Positions 23,676-35,603 of a stretch of 42,594 nucleotides of DNA are shown in pieces (the stretch's first letter is position 1; each line of letters opens with the position of its first letter). A program made the translations under genes and the position numbers. The notes beneath the pieces were generated by a model, which saw only the letters and a list, made by a program, of their open reading frames with translations, was not told the origin of the DNA and searched no databases. Source of the DNA: Blastocatellia bacterium (lineage in GTDB: Bacteria > Acidobacteriota > Blastocatellia > RBC074). The DNA lies in NCBI GenBank assembly GCA_049318845.1, contig JBMOFH010000003.1:1-42594 (forward strand). The letters are read 5' to 3'.

Positions 23676-26105
23676 ATGGCGCCAGTGATAGCCGTTAAGT
23701 CACGAAATGGGATGCTGCTGCTGGCGGCACTGATGCTGACGGCGGGCGGTGCCGTTTGCGGTCAGTCGTTGCGGGGTGGTGTGACGCCGGAATCGATCCG
23801 GTTGGCGGTGGAGCAGGGAGACTCGGCGACGGCAGAGCGGCTGGCGCGTGAGTTTCGGCGACGGGCCCCGGCAGCATTTGCCGGGCGAAATATCGATTAT
23901 CTGCTCGGGCGGCTGCTCGAGCGGCGGGCAGCGAACACGGAAGCGCGCACCCTTTACCGCGAAGTTGTCGATCGGCGTTCAGTTCTCGCCGGTTTTGCAC
24001 TTCGCCGTCTTGCCGGAATTGCAAGAAGTGAAGGCCGGATGGCCGATGAGCAGTCGTATTTGCGAAGGCTGCTCGTCGAGCATCCGGCTTTTTTGCGGCG
24101 CGATCAACTCGCACGGCGTTTGAGTGACAGTTACTTGAATTCCGGCCAGTACTCGGCGGCGATCGAGGCGCTGGGAAGATTTGGCGTTGCCGGAAGAGAG
24201 AGTCTGGCCCGAATCGCTGAGGCGCAGGCCAGCGCCGGGCTGGTCGAAAACGCTGCGGCGACATTTGACTCAGTACTTCTAAGCGGCCGGGCCAGCGGGC
24301 GGGCTGAGCCGCCAGACAGATCGCAGAATATGGACGAGTCTGCCCTCCGCGCGGTTCGCGGACTCGATCGGATCCAGTCCCGGACCGACTCGCCACCAAC
24401 ACAATTGAGCGAAGAGACACGACTGCAACGGGCCCGGATCTATCAGTTTAACCGTTATTTCGAGGAGGCGCGTGGCCACTGGCGGGCGCTGCTCCGTGAC
24501 TATCCGGCAAGCACTGCCCGGCCGGAAGCCCTCTTTCAGCTTGGACGTGGTTACTTCCTCCAGAATAACTTCAGCGCGGCGATCGAATGGTATGAACAGC
24601 TCGCCGACCAGTTTCCACAAACAGACCCTGGCGAGCAGGGATTTTATCAGGTTGGCCATTGTTATCAGGGGCTCGAGGATGCGAGCCGTGCAATTGAACG
24701 CTATGAGCTTTTTTTGAAGCGGTATCCGGGGAGCCGCTTCACTGGATACGCCTGCCTCAATGCAATCGATACGCTGCGGACGGCCGGCCGGTTGCGGGAA
24801 GCCCTCGAGTGGGTCGAACGCGCGAAGGCTTACCCTGGTGATCAATTCTTTGCGGTGACGGCCATTTTTGGCGCGGCGCGAATCCATCTTTCGGAGGGGA
24901 ACTATGTCGCGGCCCTTTCGGATTTGAATGAACTTCGCGCGCGCTCTCTCGACGTTCGCGGGTTGAGTGCGACGACAAGCCCGGTCGAGGTCGAATTCCT
25001 GCGCGGATACTGCCTGGAGAGACTGCGGCGCTACGATGATGCTGTGAGGCTCTATCTCTCATTGCCTGAGGGGCGCCTCGGGGCGGCTGGATACTATGGC
25101 GCACGGGCCACAGCGCGCCTGCGTGAAATGGGACGGAGGGCGGAGGCACGACCACTGATTGCGGCGCATCAGGAGCGGTCTCTCTCCGCCGCGCGCCGTG
25201 CACGGGCTGCGGCGGGTACGCAGGATGCCGCAGCGGCAAAGTCGGCTGCCACTCAGGCACTCCGTTTTTCACTCGACAAGCACGCAGAGGCTGAAATGGG
25301 CGCGATTCTGCGCTGGGCCTACTCCCGTTTGCGCGGTTATCAGTTGCCGGTGCTGAACATTCAGACCATTACACGCTCGGCTGATCCCACCTCCCACCAG
25401 TCGCTGGCCGCGGAGTTGCTGGGCCTTGGCCTCGATGACGAAGCCGGCCCCGAACTGGCCGCCAGTGGCGCTGGTCCGCAGACCATCGCCTGGTACTGTG
25501 CTCGCAGCGATTGTGCCGATCTGACACTCCGGTATTCTGATCCGATTCTCAACACACTTCCAGCCGATTATCGCCCGGAACTGATGCCCATCGAATGGCG
25601 GCGACTCTTCTATCCACGGCCGTGGAGCGAGCTGCTGGCCCGGCTAACGGCGGGAAACCAGATCGATCCGCTCCTGTTGATCTCCCTTGCCCGTCAGGAG
25701 AGCGGCTTTCGAAGTGGCGCCGTCAGCGAGGTTGCCGCGCGCGGCATCCTCCAGTTCATTGCTCCGACAGCCATCGCGATGGCCAACGAACTCAGGTTGC
25801 GCAATTTCGAGATCGACGATCTCTTTACCGTCGAGACCTCGCTTCGGCTCGGGGTTCGTTACGTTGGCAATCTTCAGTCACACGTCACGACACCGGCAAT
25901 GATCGCCTCCGCTTACAATGGCAGCGAAGAGTCGACAACCCGTTGGATCGCACGGTCCCGGAGCCCCGAACTTGACCGCCACGTCATCGAGATTCTCAAG
26001 CGGGAGACAAAAGACTATGTTTTCAAGGTCATGAACTACTACCACGCATATCGCACGATTAGTCATTTATCGCTGCGTGCTGGTTCGCTGGCAAAGGGTG
26101 AATGA
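23676..26105 (+). CDS. TPR-containing soluble lytic murein transglycosylase (Slt-like)
   Basis: Signal peptide, many TPR/BamD-like repeats, C-terminal SLT motifs RQESGF, GILQF, AYNG, ETKDYV; GGAGGA SD before ATG 23676. Confidence 0.9.
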   Translation: MAPVIAVKSRNGMLLLAALMLTAGGAVCGQSLRGGVTPESIRLAVEQGDSATAERLAREFRRRAPAAFAGRNIDYLLGRLLERRAANTEARTLYREVVDRRSVLAGFALRRLAGIARSEGRMADEQSYLRRLLVEHPAFLRRDQLARRLSDSYLNSGQYSAAIEALGRFGVAGRESLARIAEAQASAGLVENAAATFDSVLLSGRASGRAEPPDRSQNMDESALRAVRGLDRIQSRTDSPPTQLSEETRLQRARIYQFNRYFEEARGHWRALLRDYPASTARPEALFQLGRGYFLQNNFSAAIEWYEQLADQFPQTDPGEQGFYQVGHCYQGLEDASRAIERYELFLKRYPGSRFTGYACLNAIDTLRTAGRLREALEWVERAKAYPGDQFFAVTAIFGAARIHLSEGNYVAALSDLNELRARSLDVRGLSATTSPVEVEFLRGYCLERLRRYDDAVRLYLSLPEGRLGAAGYYGARATARLREMGRRAEARPLIAAHQERSLSAARRARAAAGTQDAAAAKSAATQALRFSLDKHAEAEMGAILRWAYSRLRGYQLPVLNIQTITRSADPTSHQSLAAELLGLGLDDEAGPELAASGAGPQTIAWYCARSDCADLTLRYSDPILNTLPADYRPELMPIEWRRLFYPRPWSELLARLTAGNQIDPLLLISLARQESGFRSGAVSEVAARGILQFIAPTAIAMANELRLRNFEIDDLFTVETSLRLGVRYVGNLQSHVTTPAMIASAYNGSEESTTRWIARSRSPELDRHVIEILKRETKDYVFKVMNYYHAYRTISHLSLRAGSLAKGE

Positions 26106-26270
26106 GGGGCCACGGAAGGAAAAAGACAATTGAGGCCACGGAAGGAAAAACCAATTGAGGCCACGGAAGGAAAAAAGCCAATTGAGGCCACGGAAGGAAA
26201 AAAACAATTGAGGCCACGGAAGGAAAAAGACAATTGGGGCCACGGAAGGACACGGAAGAGCACGGAAGGA
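26106..26270 (+). repeat. Tandem repeat: 6 x 25-27 bp unit followed by 10-bp CACGGAAGRR copies
   Basis: GGCCACGGAAGGA starts at 26108, 26134, 26159, 26186, 26212, 26238, joined by an A-run + CAATTGA; then CACGGAAGGA CACGGAAGAG CACGGAAGGA. Confidence 0.95.
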
Positions 26271-26390
26271 AGAATGTGAGTAAAGGCCACAGAATGGGCG
26301 AGGTAATTGACTGACTGACTCGATCGGCCATCAGCAGGAGGATAACGGTGAAGCCACGAGCAGGCGGATATGTTTTTAGCAGACGCGAAG

Positions 26391-26415
26391 AGCCGGGAGG
26401 GCCCGGCTCCCGGCT
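26391..26415. terminator. Hairpin between convergent slt and pit genes
   Basis: AGCCGGGAG-ggcccgg-CTCCCGGCT. Confidence 0.55.
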
Positions 26416-26434
26416 TTAAGATGGCGATAGTCTT

Positions 26435-27454
26435 TTAGAAGAAGATCGAGAGCGTCCAGAAGCAGGCGGCGGCGATCAATGCCGCCATCGGAATGGTCAG
26501 GACCCACGCCCAGACGATCGTGCCTGCTACCCCCCACCTGACCGCCGAGAGGCGGTGGACGGAGCCGACACCGACGATTGCCCCGGTGATCGTGTGTGTC
26601 GTCGAGACCGGAACTCCAAATATCGAGGCGAAGATGATCGCGATGCCACCTCCGGTCTCAGCACAGAAACCACCGACCGGCCGCAGTTTGGTGATCTTAC
26701 TTCCCATCGTCTTGACGATCCGCCACCCGCCGGAGAGCGTTCCGAGCGAGATCGCCGCGTGCGCGGACAGGATTACCCACGTCGGAATATCCGCCTGCGC
26801 TGAAAGAAAGCCACCGGTTACCAGCGCTGCCATCATAATTCCCATCGTTTTCTGGGCGTCGTTCAGTCCGTGGGAGAGGCTGTAGAGTGAGGCAGAGACG
26901 ATCTGCAGGACACGGAATATCCGATCGACCCGGCTCGGCGCGAATTTACGAAAGGTCCAGGCGACGATCACCATTAGTGTCGTCCCGAGAATCATCCCAA
27001 GCAGCGGCGCAATGACGATGAAGGAGAGAGTTCCCGGCCAGCCCTTTGGCCACTGACTCCATAGCAGAACCCCAAACCCGGACTTGGCAACCGCCGCCCC
27101 GGCATACCCTCCAACAAGCGCGTGCGATGAACTGGTCGGCAACCCTAGGTACCAGGTGATGATATTCCACACGATCGCCCCGAGCAGCCCGGCGAGGATG
27201 ACGTTGAAATTGACCTGTGAGATGTCGATCAGCCCTTTTCCGATCGTCGATGCGACGTAGGTCGGAAAACCGAAAGCCGCGACAAAATTGAAGAAGGCGG
27301 CGAGCAGAACCGCTTTACCTGGTGACAGCACCCGTGTCGATACGACAGTCGCGATCGAGTTTGCCGCGTCGTGAAAACCGTTCGTATAATCGAAGACCAG
27401 CGCCACGGTGACGATCAGTCCGACGATGAGCATCGTTGTTGAGATAGAACCCAT
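26435..27454 (-). CDS. pit: Inorganic phosphate transporter (PiT/PHO4 family)
   Basis: NGFHDAANSIAT, GLPTSSSH, HGLNDAQK, PVSTTH signature motifs. Confidence 0.96.
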   Translation of the reverse strand: MGSISTTMLIVGLIVTVALVFDYTNGFHDAANSIATVVSTRVLSPGKAVLLAAFFNFVAAFGFPTYVASTIGKGLIDISQVNFNVILAGLLGAIVWNIITWYLGLPTSSSHALVGGYAGAAVAKSGFGVLLWSQWPKGWPGTLSFIVIAPLLGMILGTTLMVIVAWTFRKFAPSRVDRIFRVLQIVSASLYSLSHGLNDAQKTMGIMMAALVTGGFLSAQADIPTWVILSAHAAISLGTLSGGWRIVKTMGSKITKLRPVGGFCAETGGGIAIIFASIFGVPVSTTHTITGAIVGVGSVHRLSAVRWGVAGTIVWAWVLTIPMAALIAAACFWTLSIFF

Positions 27455-27528
27455 ACGTTCCTCGATGTGTGTTTGGTTGGCAGGCTGCCGCGATAATGAT
27501 GATTACGCCGCTTACTGCCAGCCGGAAA

Positions 27529-28146
27529 TTAGGAATTTTTGAGCACTATTGCCTCGAGGACATTCGCCACATCCTCGCACCGGTCCATTGCACGCTCAAG
27601 CTTCTCGTAAAGCTCTTTGTACTTGATGATCGTCAGCGCGTTCTGTTCGTTGGCGAAGAGTGAGTCGAGCGCCGCGTGGTGAAATACATCCCCCTCACTT
27701 TCGAGCGAGTGGATGATGATGCAACTGTCCATCGTGCTTTGACGGTGGGTATCGAGAGTTCGGACTCCCTTCTCCAGTTCAACCGAGAGCTTGAGGAGGA
27801 CGCCGGTCATATTACGGGCGTGGTTTGTCGGTCCCTCGATTCGGTAGAGGATGACGCGCCGTGCGGTGTACTCAATCGCATCGACGATGTCATCGAGCCC
27901 TCCGGCGAGGGCGTGAATATCTTCGCGATCGATCGGCGTAATGAATGTCTGGTTGAGCGTCTTGATGATCTGGTGGGTGACTTCGTCGCAGGCGTTCTCG
28001 ATCACGGTGATCTTGTTCACGATCTCTTCACGGTGGTCGAAGTCCTCGAAGAGGCGATGCAGCAGATGCGCCGACTCGACGATCGACGCTGCCTGCTGAT
28101 TGAACAGCTCGAAATACTTCTCCTCGCGTGGTAGTAAGTGGAACAT
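27529..28146 (-). CDS. DUF47 / PhoU-like Pit accessory protein
   Basis: MFHLLPREEKYF..ENACD..TFITPIDREDI..ESEGD..DRCEDVA; directly upstream of pit; start at 28146 behind GGGAG. Confidence 0.93.
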   Translation of the reverse strand: MFHLLPREEKYFELFNQQAASIVESAHLLHRLFEDFDHREEIVNKITVIENACDEVTHQIIKTLNQTFITPIDREDIHALAGGLDDIVDAIEYTARRVILYRIEGPTNHARNMTGVLLKLSVELEKGVRTLDTHRQSTMDSCIIIHSLESEGDVFHHAALDSLFANEQNALTIIKYKELYEKLERAMDRCEDVANVLEAIVLKNS

Positions 28147-28411
28147 ACTTCGGTCTCCCTTTGCTGGTCGATGATTGAATGGTGAGTCGGTTACACTCCC
28201 CCCGGGTAAAGTGAAGCATAAATCAGTCAGCGAAATTAAACAATTTCGACTTCGCACCCGGAAGATCAAATCTGCAAACTTAATACTCCCATAAAGTAGC
28301 GCTGCTCGGCCGGTCCGTGCCGCACGAGGAATGTTTCTTTTGGCACGGTTATTGCATTCATTCTCGCCGTAACGCCCGGATTGGCCGGAAGTAAATGAGA
28401 GGGAGAAGCGA

Positions 28412-28774
28412 ATGATGCAGATGAGTCCGAGAATGGAACAGATTGTCAACGTCCTCTGGCGGGCAATGAAGGTGATGCCGGTGGTCGGTTATGTCTTCAT
28501 CCTTGCCGGGGCACCGCTCGTTTTGCGTCGTAAGGGATACGTTTTGGGGTCCCTCGCCGTTATCCTCGATATCCTCCCGGTTATCTGCCTGATCAAGGCG
28601 GCGATCGAAGTCTATCGGGGCGATATAATTCCCGATCTCACGCCAGTGGCAGATACGTCAACCGTAATTCAGTTCAAGACGGCGAAAACGACCGGATTCA
28701 CGCGGAATTCGATGGCTTTCCAGCTTCATGAGAGCTTTGAGATTCGCGAAACGGGCGAGTCGATGGCGGCCTGA
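28412..28774 (+). CDS. Small hypothetical membrane protein
   Basis: GAGGGAG SD, two hydrophobic segments, no overlap with real genes, strong hairpin downstream. Confidence 0.6.
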   Translation: MMQMSPRMEQIVNVLWRAMKVMPVVGYVFILAGAPLVLRRKGYVLGSLAVILDILPVICLIKAAIEVYRGDIIPDLTPVADTSTVIQFKTAKTTGFTRNSMAFQLHESFEIRETGESMAA

Positions 28775-28811
28775 GTCCCTCATTAAATACCCGGAACCCA
28801 GGAACTGGGTA

Positions 28812-28865
28812 AATCGGTCCATCGGTTGAAGAGGTTATTAAGACCCTTCAACCGGTGGACCGATT
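28812..28865 (+). terminator. Long inverted repeat / terminator
   Basis: AATCGGTCCATCGGTTGAAG..GGT-loop-ACC..CTTCAACCGGTGGACCGATT followed by GCTTTTCT. Confidence 0.7.
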
Positions 28866-29037
28866 GCTTTTCTGGCCACACGGTCGTGAGATGTCCACAC
28901 CGATTGACGCTTGTCTCCCTGCCTGACAACTGAACACGACAATTGGACTCTGACAAAAGCACCGGGCGGGAAGCGAAATTTACAGCCGTGTCAGGTATTT
29001 TTTACCCGTGGAAAGTCTTGTCTGAATATTATGCTGA

Positions 29038-29667
29038 TCACTGGTCAAGAATGTCTCGCATTTTTTGGGCGGCATCTTTGGGGGAGATTGCATTGGTGAT
29101 CGCGGCTCCGACGATTACCCCTGCCAGTGGAAGGTGGCGCAGCGAGAGCAGCTCTGGCGCGTCGATATCGCCAGCGAGATAGACGGGCAGCTCGATGGTC
29201 GAAATCATCTCCTCGATCATGCTGATCCGATCCTCACGATTCCGGATCCGTTTCAAGCCACGCCGATTGAGGCAGAGTGAGTTGACACCAAGTTGCCTGA
29301 GTTCACGCGCCCGTTCCGGGATATTGATCACGCTGAGGCTGTCGGCCATGACCATGCCCTCATAGCGTTTGGCAGAATGGACAACCCGCTCGATGACTTC
29401 ATTGGAGGCGCAACCGAGGACGGTGACGATATTGGCGCCAGCGGCAAATGCAAGTTCTGCAATCGGCTCACCGGCATCGATCACTTTGATGTCGGCGACA
29501 ATTGGGCGCCCACGGAAACGGCGACGCAACTCACGCACGGCCCGGATTCCCTCGCGGATCAGCAGCGGGGTTCCTGCCTCGATCACGTCGACGTGCATCG
29601 CCGCCTTTCCAGCGATCTCCAGCCCAAGCCCAAGATCCGGGATATCCAATGCCAGTTGCAGTTTCAT
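29038..29667 (-). CDS. OMP decarboxylase/HUMPS-family (3-hexulose-6-phosphate synthase-like) protein with a divergent active site
   Basis: MKLQLALD, EAGTP, ADIKVIDAG (DxKxxD); but NRRG in place of HTG and AGDI in place of AGGI. Confidence 0.85.
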   Translation of the reverse strand: MKLQLALDIPDLGLGLEIAGKAAMHVDVIEAGTPLLIREGIRAVRELRRRFRGRPIVADIKVIDAGEPIAELAFAAGANIVTVLGCASNEVIERVVHSAKRYEGMVMADSLSVINIPERARELRQLGVNSLCLNRRGLKRIRNREDRISMIEEMISTIELPVYLAGDIDAPELLSLRHLPLAGVIVGAAITNAISPKDAAQKMRDILDQ

Positions 29668-29699
29668 GCGATTTTTCCGCTCGTATAGTCGCCTTTTCC

Positions 29700-29905
29700 A
29701 TTCTTAAAAGTTATTCACAGACCCTGTGGAAAAGTCTGTGGAAAACCTGTGAATTATAGGGTTAAATCTATCATAAATCACTACTTATAGCACTTTGCAC
29801 ACTTTTTCGACAATTCAATAAGTCTTTTATCTTCAATGGTTTAGTTTTGAAAACTGTCAATCGTCAATAGTAACAGGGGTAAACGGCGAAACTTTCCACA
29901 GGGAG
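29700..29905. promoter_or_regulatory. AT-rich DnaA-box cluster with IHF-like site (candidate oriC or DARS/datA-like locus)
   Basis: TTWTNCACA matches: 29711-19 (+, exact), 29725-33 (-, exact), 29737-45 (-, exact), 29748-56 (-, 1 mm), 29793-801 (+, 1 mm), 29804-12 (+, 1 mm), 29892-900 (+, 1 mm). CTTCAATGGTTTA at 29831-43 resembles WATCAANNNNTTR. Hand count is about 33% GC over 29701-29880. Confidence 0.75.
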
Positions 29906-29909
29906 CAGT

Positions 29910-32612
<2,703 letters not shown>

Positions 32613-32713
32613 AAATACAAGATCCGGTAAATCCTTGTCAGGACTATTCTACTGATCAACAGTCCAGACACGATTTCAGGTTCGCTATCCCATTTATCGA
32701 CGGGCAGAATTTC

Positions 32714-33842
32714 CTAGGCTGTACCTGACTCTCTCCGCGTCTTTTCGATCAGAAACTCTTTGATAAATTCGTCGAGATCGCCGTCGAGTACGTTATCGAC
32801 ATCGCTGCGTTCAAGCTTGGTGCGGACATCCTTGACGAGGCGGTAAGGGTGCAGGACGTAGTTGCGGATCTGTGATCCGAAGGAGATATCCCTTTTCGAT
32901 TCGGCAAGCTTGTCCGATTCAGCCCGTTTTTTTAGCAGTTCGATCTCATAGAGTCGTGATTTGAGCACCTTCATGGCGACATCACGATTCTGATGCTGGG
33001 ATCGCTGGTTCTGGCAGGTGACGACGATCCCGGACGGCAGGTGTGTGATGCGGACGGCGGAATCGGTTGTGTTGATGTGCTGACCGCCGGCGCCGGTCGA
33101 GCGATAGGTGTCGACGCGAAGGTCTTTTTCGAGGATCTCGACCTGTATATCATCGTCAATCTCCGGGGTGACGAAGACAGAGGCGAAGCTGGTTTCGCGG
33201 CTCTGCCCGGAATTGAAAGGCGACTGGCGGACGAGTCTGTGGACACCAACCTCGCTCGAGAGCAGCCCAAAGGCGTAATCACCCTCGACACGGAAAGTGG
33301 CGCTCTTGATTCCCGCCTCTTCCCCGGCCTGACAATCGATCATCTCGCTCTTCAGTCCGTGGCGTTCGCTCCAGCGCAGGTACATCCGGAGCATCATTTC
33401 GGCCCAGTCCTGGGCATCGGTGCCCCCGGCGCCGGCGTTGATGGCGACAATCGCGTTCCGCGCGTCATTTTCACCACCAAGCAGCATCTGAGTTTCGCTT
33501 TCGTCGACGAGCCTGGTGAGAACGGCAAGGCTCGAATGAAGCTCGCTGGCCGAGCCTTCATCCTCGACTGCAAAATCGAAGAGGACCTCGATGTCGTCGA
33601 CGAGCCGCGCCAGCCGCTCAGCGGTATTGATCGCCCGCTCGACTTTGGCGCGCTGCTGGAGGGCTTTCTGTGCCTTTTCCTGATCGCTCCAGAAATCCGG
33701 GGCTGAAGCCTGCTCCTCGAGCTTTTTCAACTCCTGCGTCTTCGTTTCAACGTCAAAGAAACCTCCGCAGTTCGGTGACACGAGGTTTCAACCCTTCAAA
33801 TTTCGTCCGCAGATCCTGTACTGCAAGCGCATCAAGTTTCAC
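32714..33842 (-). CDS. prfB: Peptide chain release factor 2, programmed +1 frameshift
   Basis: GTG start at 33842 behind GAGGAG gives MKLDALAVQDLRTKFEGLKPRVTELRRFL, then CTT TGA C (33758-33752) preceded by GGAGG; the +1 frame continues DVETKTQEL..; SPF and GGQ motifs present. Confidence 0.97.
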
Positions 33843-33867
33843 TATTTTGCTCCTCTGAATTGGTGGA

Positions 33868-33911
33868 CTCCCGATTGCAAATGCCCCGATTATCGGGATC
33901 CGAATCGGGAG
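33868..33911. other. Nested hairpin in the mutase-prfB intergenic region
   Basis: CTCCCGATT...AATCGGGAG enclosing CCCGATTATCGGG. Confidence 0.45.
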
Positions 33912-34013
33912 CATCACGAGTTACACAGCCTGAAAGGATACCACAAAAACGGCAACCGCAAGCCGGCCCGGACAATCTCCGGCGTGATTATAAGAATTGA
34001 ACGACGACCCGGA

Positions 34014-35603
34014 TCAGCCGACCTCGGAATATTCGCCAAAGACGGCGCGCAGGGCGTCGGCGATCTCGCCAATCGTCGCATAGGCCTCGACGGCGGCGAG
34101 GATTGGTGGCATCAGGTTTGTGCCGTTGCGGGCCGCCTCGCCGACCCGTTCGATCGCGGCGAAGGCGCTGGCGGAATTGCGGCTGGCACGGACTTCGCGG
34201 AGCCGCGCGATCTGTGCGGCCTCGCCGGCCGGATCGATTCGAAGGGTCGGGATCGGGGCCGCTTCCTCGATTTCGAAGCGGTTGACCCCGACGACGACTT
34301 CGTTTCCGGCCTCGATGGCTTTCTGGTAATCGTAGGCGGCGCGCTCAATCTCACGCTGGACGTAGCCCGCCTCGATCGCGGCGAGCATTCCGCCCATGGC
34401 GTCGATCTTCTCAATGTAATCAAAGCCGCGCCGCTCGATCTCGTCGGTCAGGTATTCGATCGCATGGGAGCCGCCGAGCGGATCTGCCGTCTCTGTGATC
34501 CCTGATTCATGAGCGATCACCTGCTGTGTCCGGAGGGCGAGTCGGGCGGCCTCTTCTGTTGGAAGGCTGAGCGCTTCGTCCATCGCGTTGGTATGGAGCG
34601 ACTGAGTCCCGCCAAGAACGGCGGCGAGCGCCTGAAGCGTCGTCCGGACGATGTTGACTTCCGGTTGCCGTGCGGTAAGCGTCGAGCCGGCAGTCTGTGT
34701 ATGAAAGCGGAGCATGGTCGATTTCGGACTCTTCGCCCCGAATCGCTCGCGCATGATTTTGGCCCACATTCGTCGCGCTGCGCGGAACTTCGCGATCTCT
34801 TCGAGAAAATTGTTATGACTGTTGAAAAAGAAAGCGAGTCGTGGGGCAAAATCGTCGACCCTGAGACCGGTTGCCAGCGCGGCTTCGACGTAGGCGATGC
34901 CGTCGGCCAGCGTGAAGGCGACCTCCTGTACGGCGGTCGAGCCTGCTTCGCGAATGTGATAGCCGGAGATCGAGATCGTATTCCAATTCGGAACCTCGTG
35001 TTCGCACCAGGCAATGATGTCGGTGACGATGCGCAGTGAGGGGCGTGGCGGATAGATCCAGGTTCCGCGGGCGATATACTCCTTCAGAATATCGTTTTGA
35101 ATGGTGCCATTCAGTTTTGAGAAATCGATACCCTGCCGGCGCGCGACTGCAAGGTAGAGGGCGAGCAGGGTCGACGCGGTCGCATTGATCGTCATCGAGG
35201 TCGAGACCTTGTCGAGCGGGATACCGTCAAAAAGTGTCTCCATATCGGCAAGCGAGTCGATCGGGACTCCGACCCGCCCGACCTCGCCGAGGGCGAGCGG
35301 GTGATCACTGTCATACCCGATCTGCGTCGGCAGATCGAAGGCCACCGAGAGCCCGGTCGTCCCCTGCGCGAGCAGATATTTGTAACGGTGGTTAGACTCT
35401 GCGGCGGTGGCGAACCCTGCGTATTGGCGCATCGTCCAGAGTCGGCCGCGGTACATTGTCGGGTAGATTCCACGTGTGTAGGGATAGCTTCCCGGCCCGG
35501 CGGATTCGTTCTCATCAGCGGCGAAGTGGCTCTTCATCACAATGCCTGATCGCGTTTCGTGGCGGTCTTTCAGTTCTTCCCGGTTATCCTTTTTATCGGC
35601 CAT
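34014..35603 (-). CDS. Methylmalonyl-CoA mutase, stand-alone N-terminal (substrate-binding) subunit
   Basis: [14 protein letters not shown] (Tyr specificity residue), [46 protein letters not shown]; no DxHxxG B12 domain; start at 35603 behind GGAG. Confidence 0.93.
   Translation of the reverse strand: MADKKDNREELKDRHETRSGIVMKSHFAADENESAGPGSYPYTRGIYPTMYRGRLWTMRQYAGFATAAESNHRYKYLLAQGTTGLSVAFDLPTQIGYDSDHPLALGEVGRVGVPIDSLADMETLFDGIPLDKVSTSMTINATASTLLALYLAVARRQGIDFSKLNGTIQNDILKEYIARGTWIYPPRPSLRIVTDIIAWCEHEVPNWNTISISGYHIREAGSTAVQEVAFTLADGIAYVEAALATGLRVDDFAPRLAFFFNSHNNFLEEIAKFRAARRMWAKIMRERFGAKSPKSTMLRFHTQTAGSTLTARQPEVNIVRTTLQALAAVLGGTQSLHTNAMDEALSLPTEEAARLALRTQQVIAHESGITETADPLGGSHAIEYLTDEIERRGFDYIEKIDAMGGMLAAIEAGYVQREIERAAYDYQKAIEAGNEVVVGVNRFEIEEAAPIPTLRIDPAGEAAQIARLREVRASRNSASAFAAIERVGEAARNGTNLMPPILAAVEAYATIGEIADALRAVFGEYSEVG

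Noticed and set aside
26106-26270. Possible CRISPR array
   Set aside because: Units abut with only A-run variation; there are no unique spacers and no cas genes.
26059-26331. Minus-strand ORFs with repetitive FFLPWP / FPSVAS peptides
   Set aside because: Translations of the DNA repeat; unit lengths of 25-27 bp do not preserve frame.
28147-28411. Pho box upstream of DUF47-pit
   Set aside because: I could not find a convincing 11-bp-spaced direct repeat.
32714-33781. ORF-track start for prfB (MSPNCGGFF..)
   Set aside because: Artefact of the programmed frameshift; the real start is the GTG at 33842.
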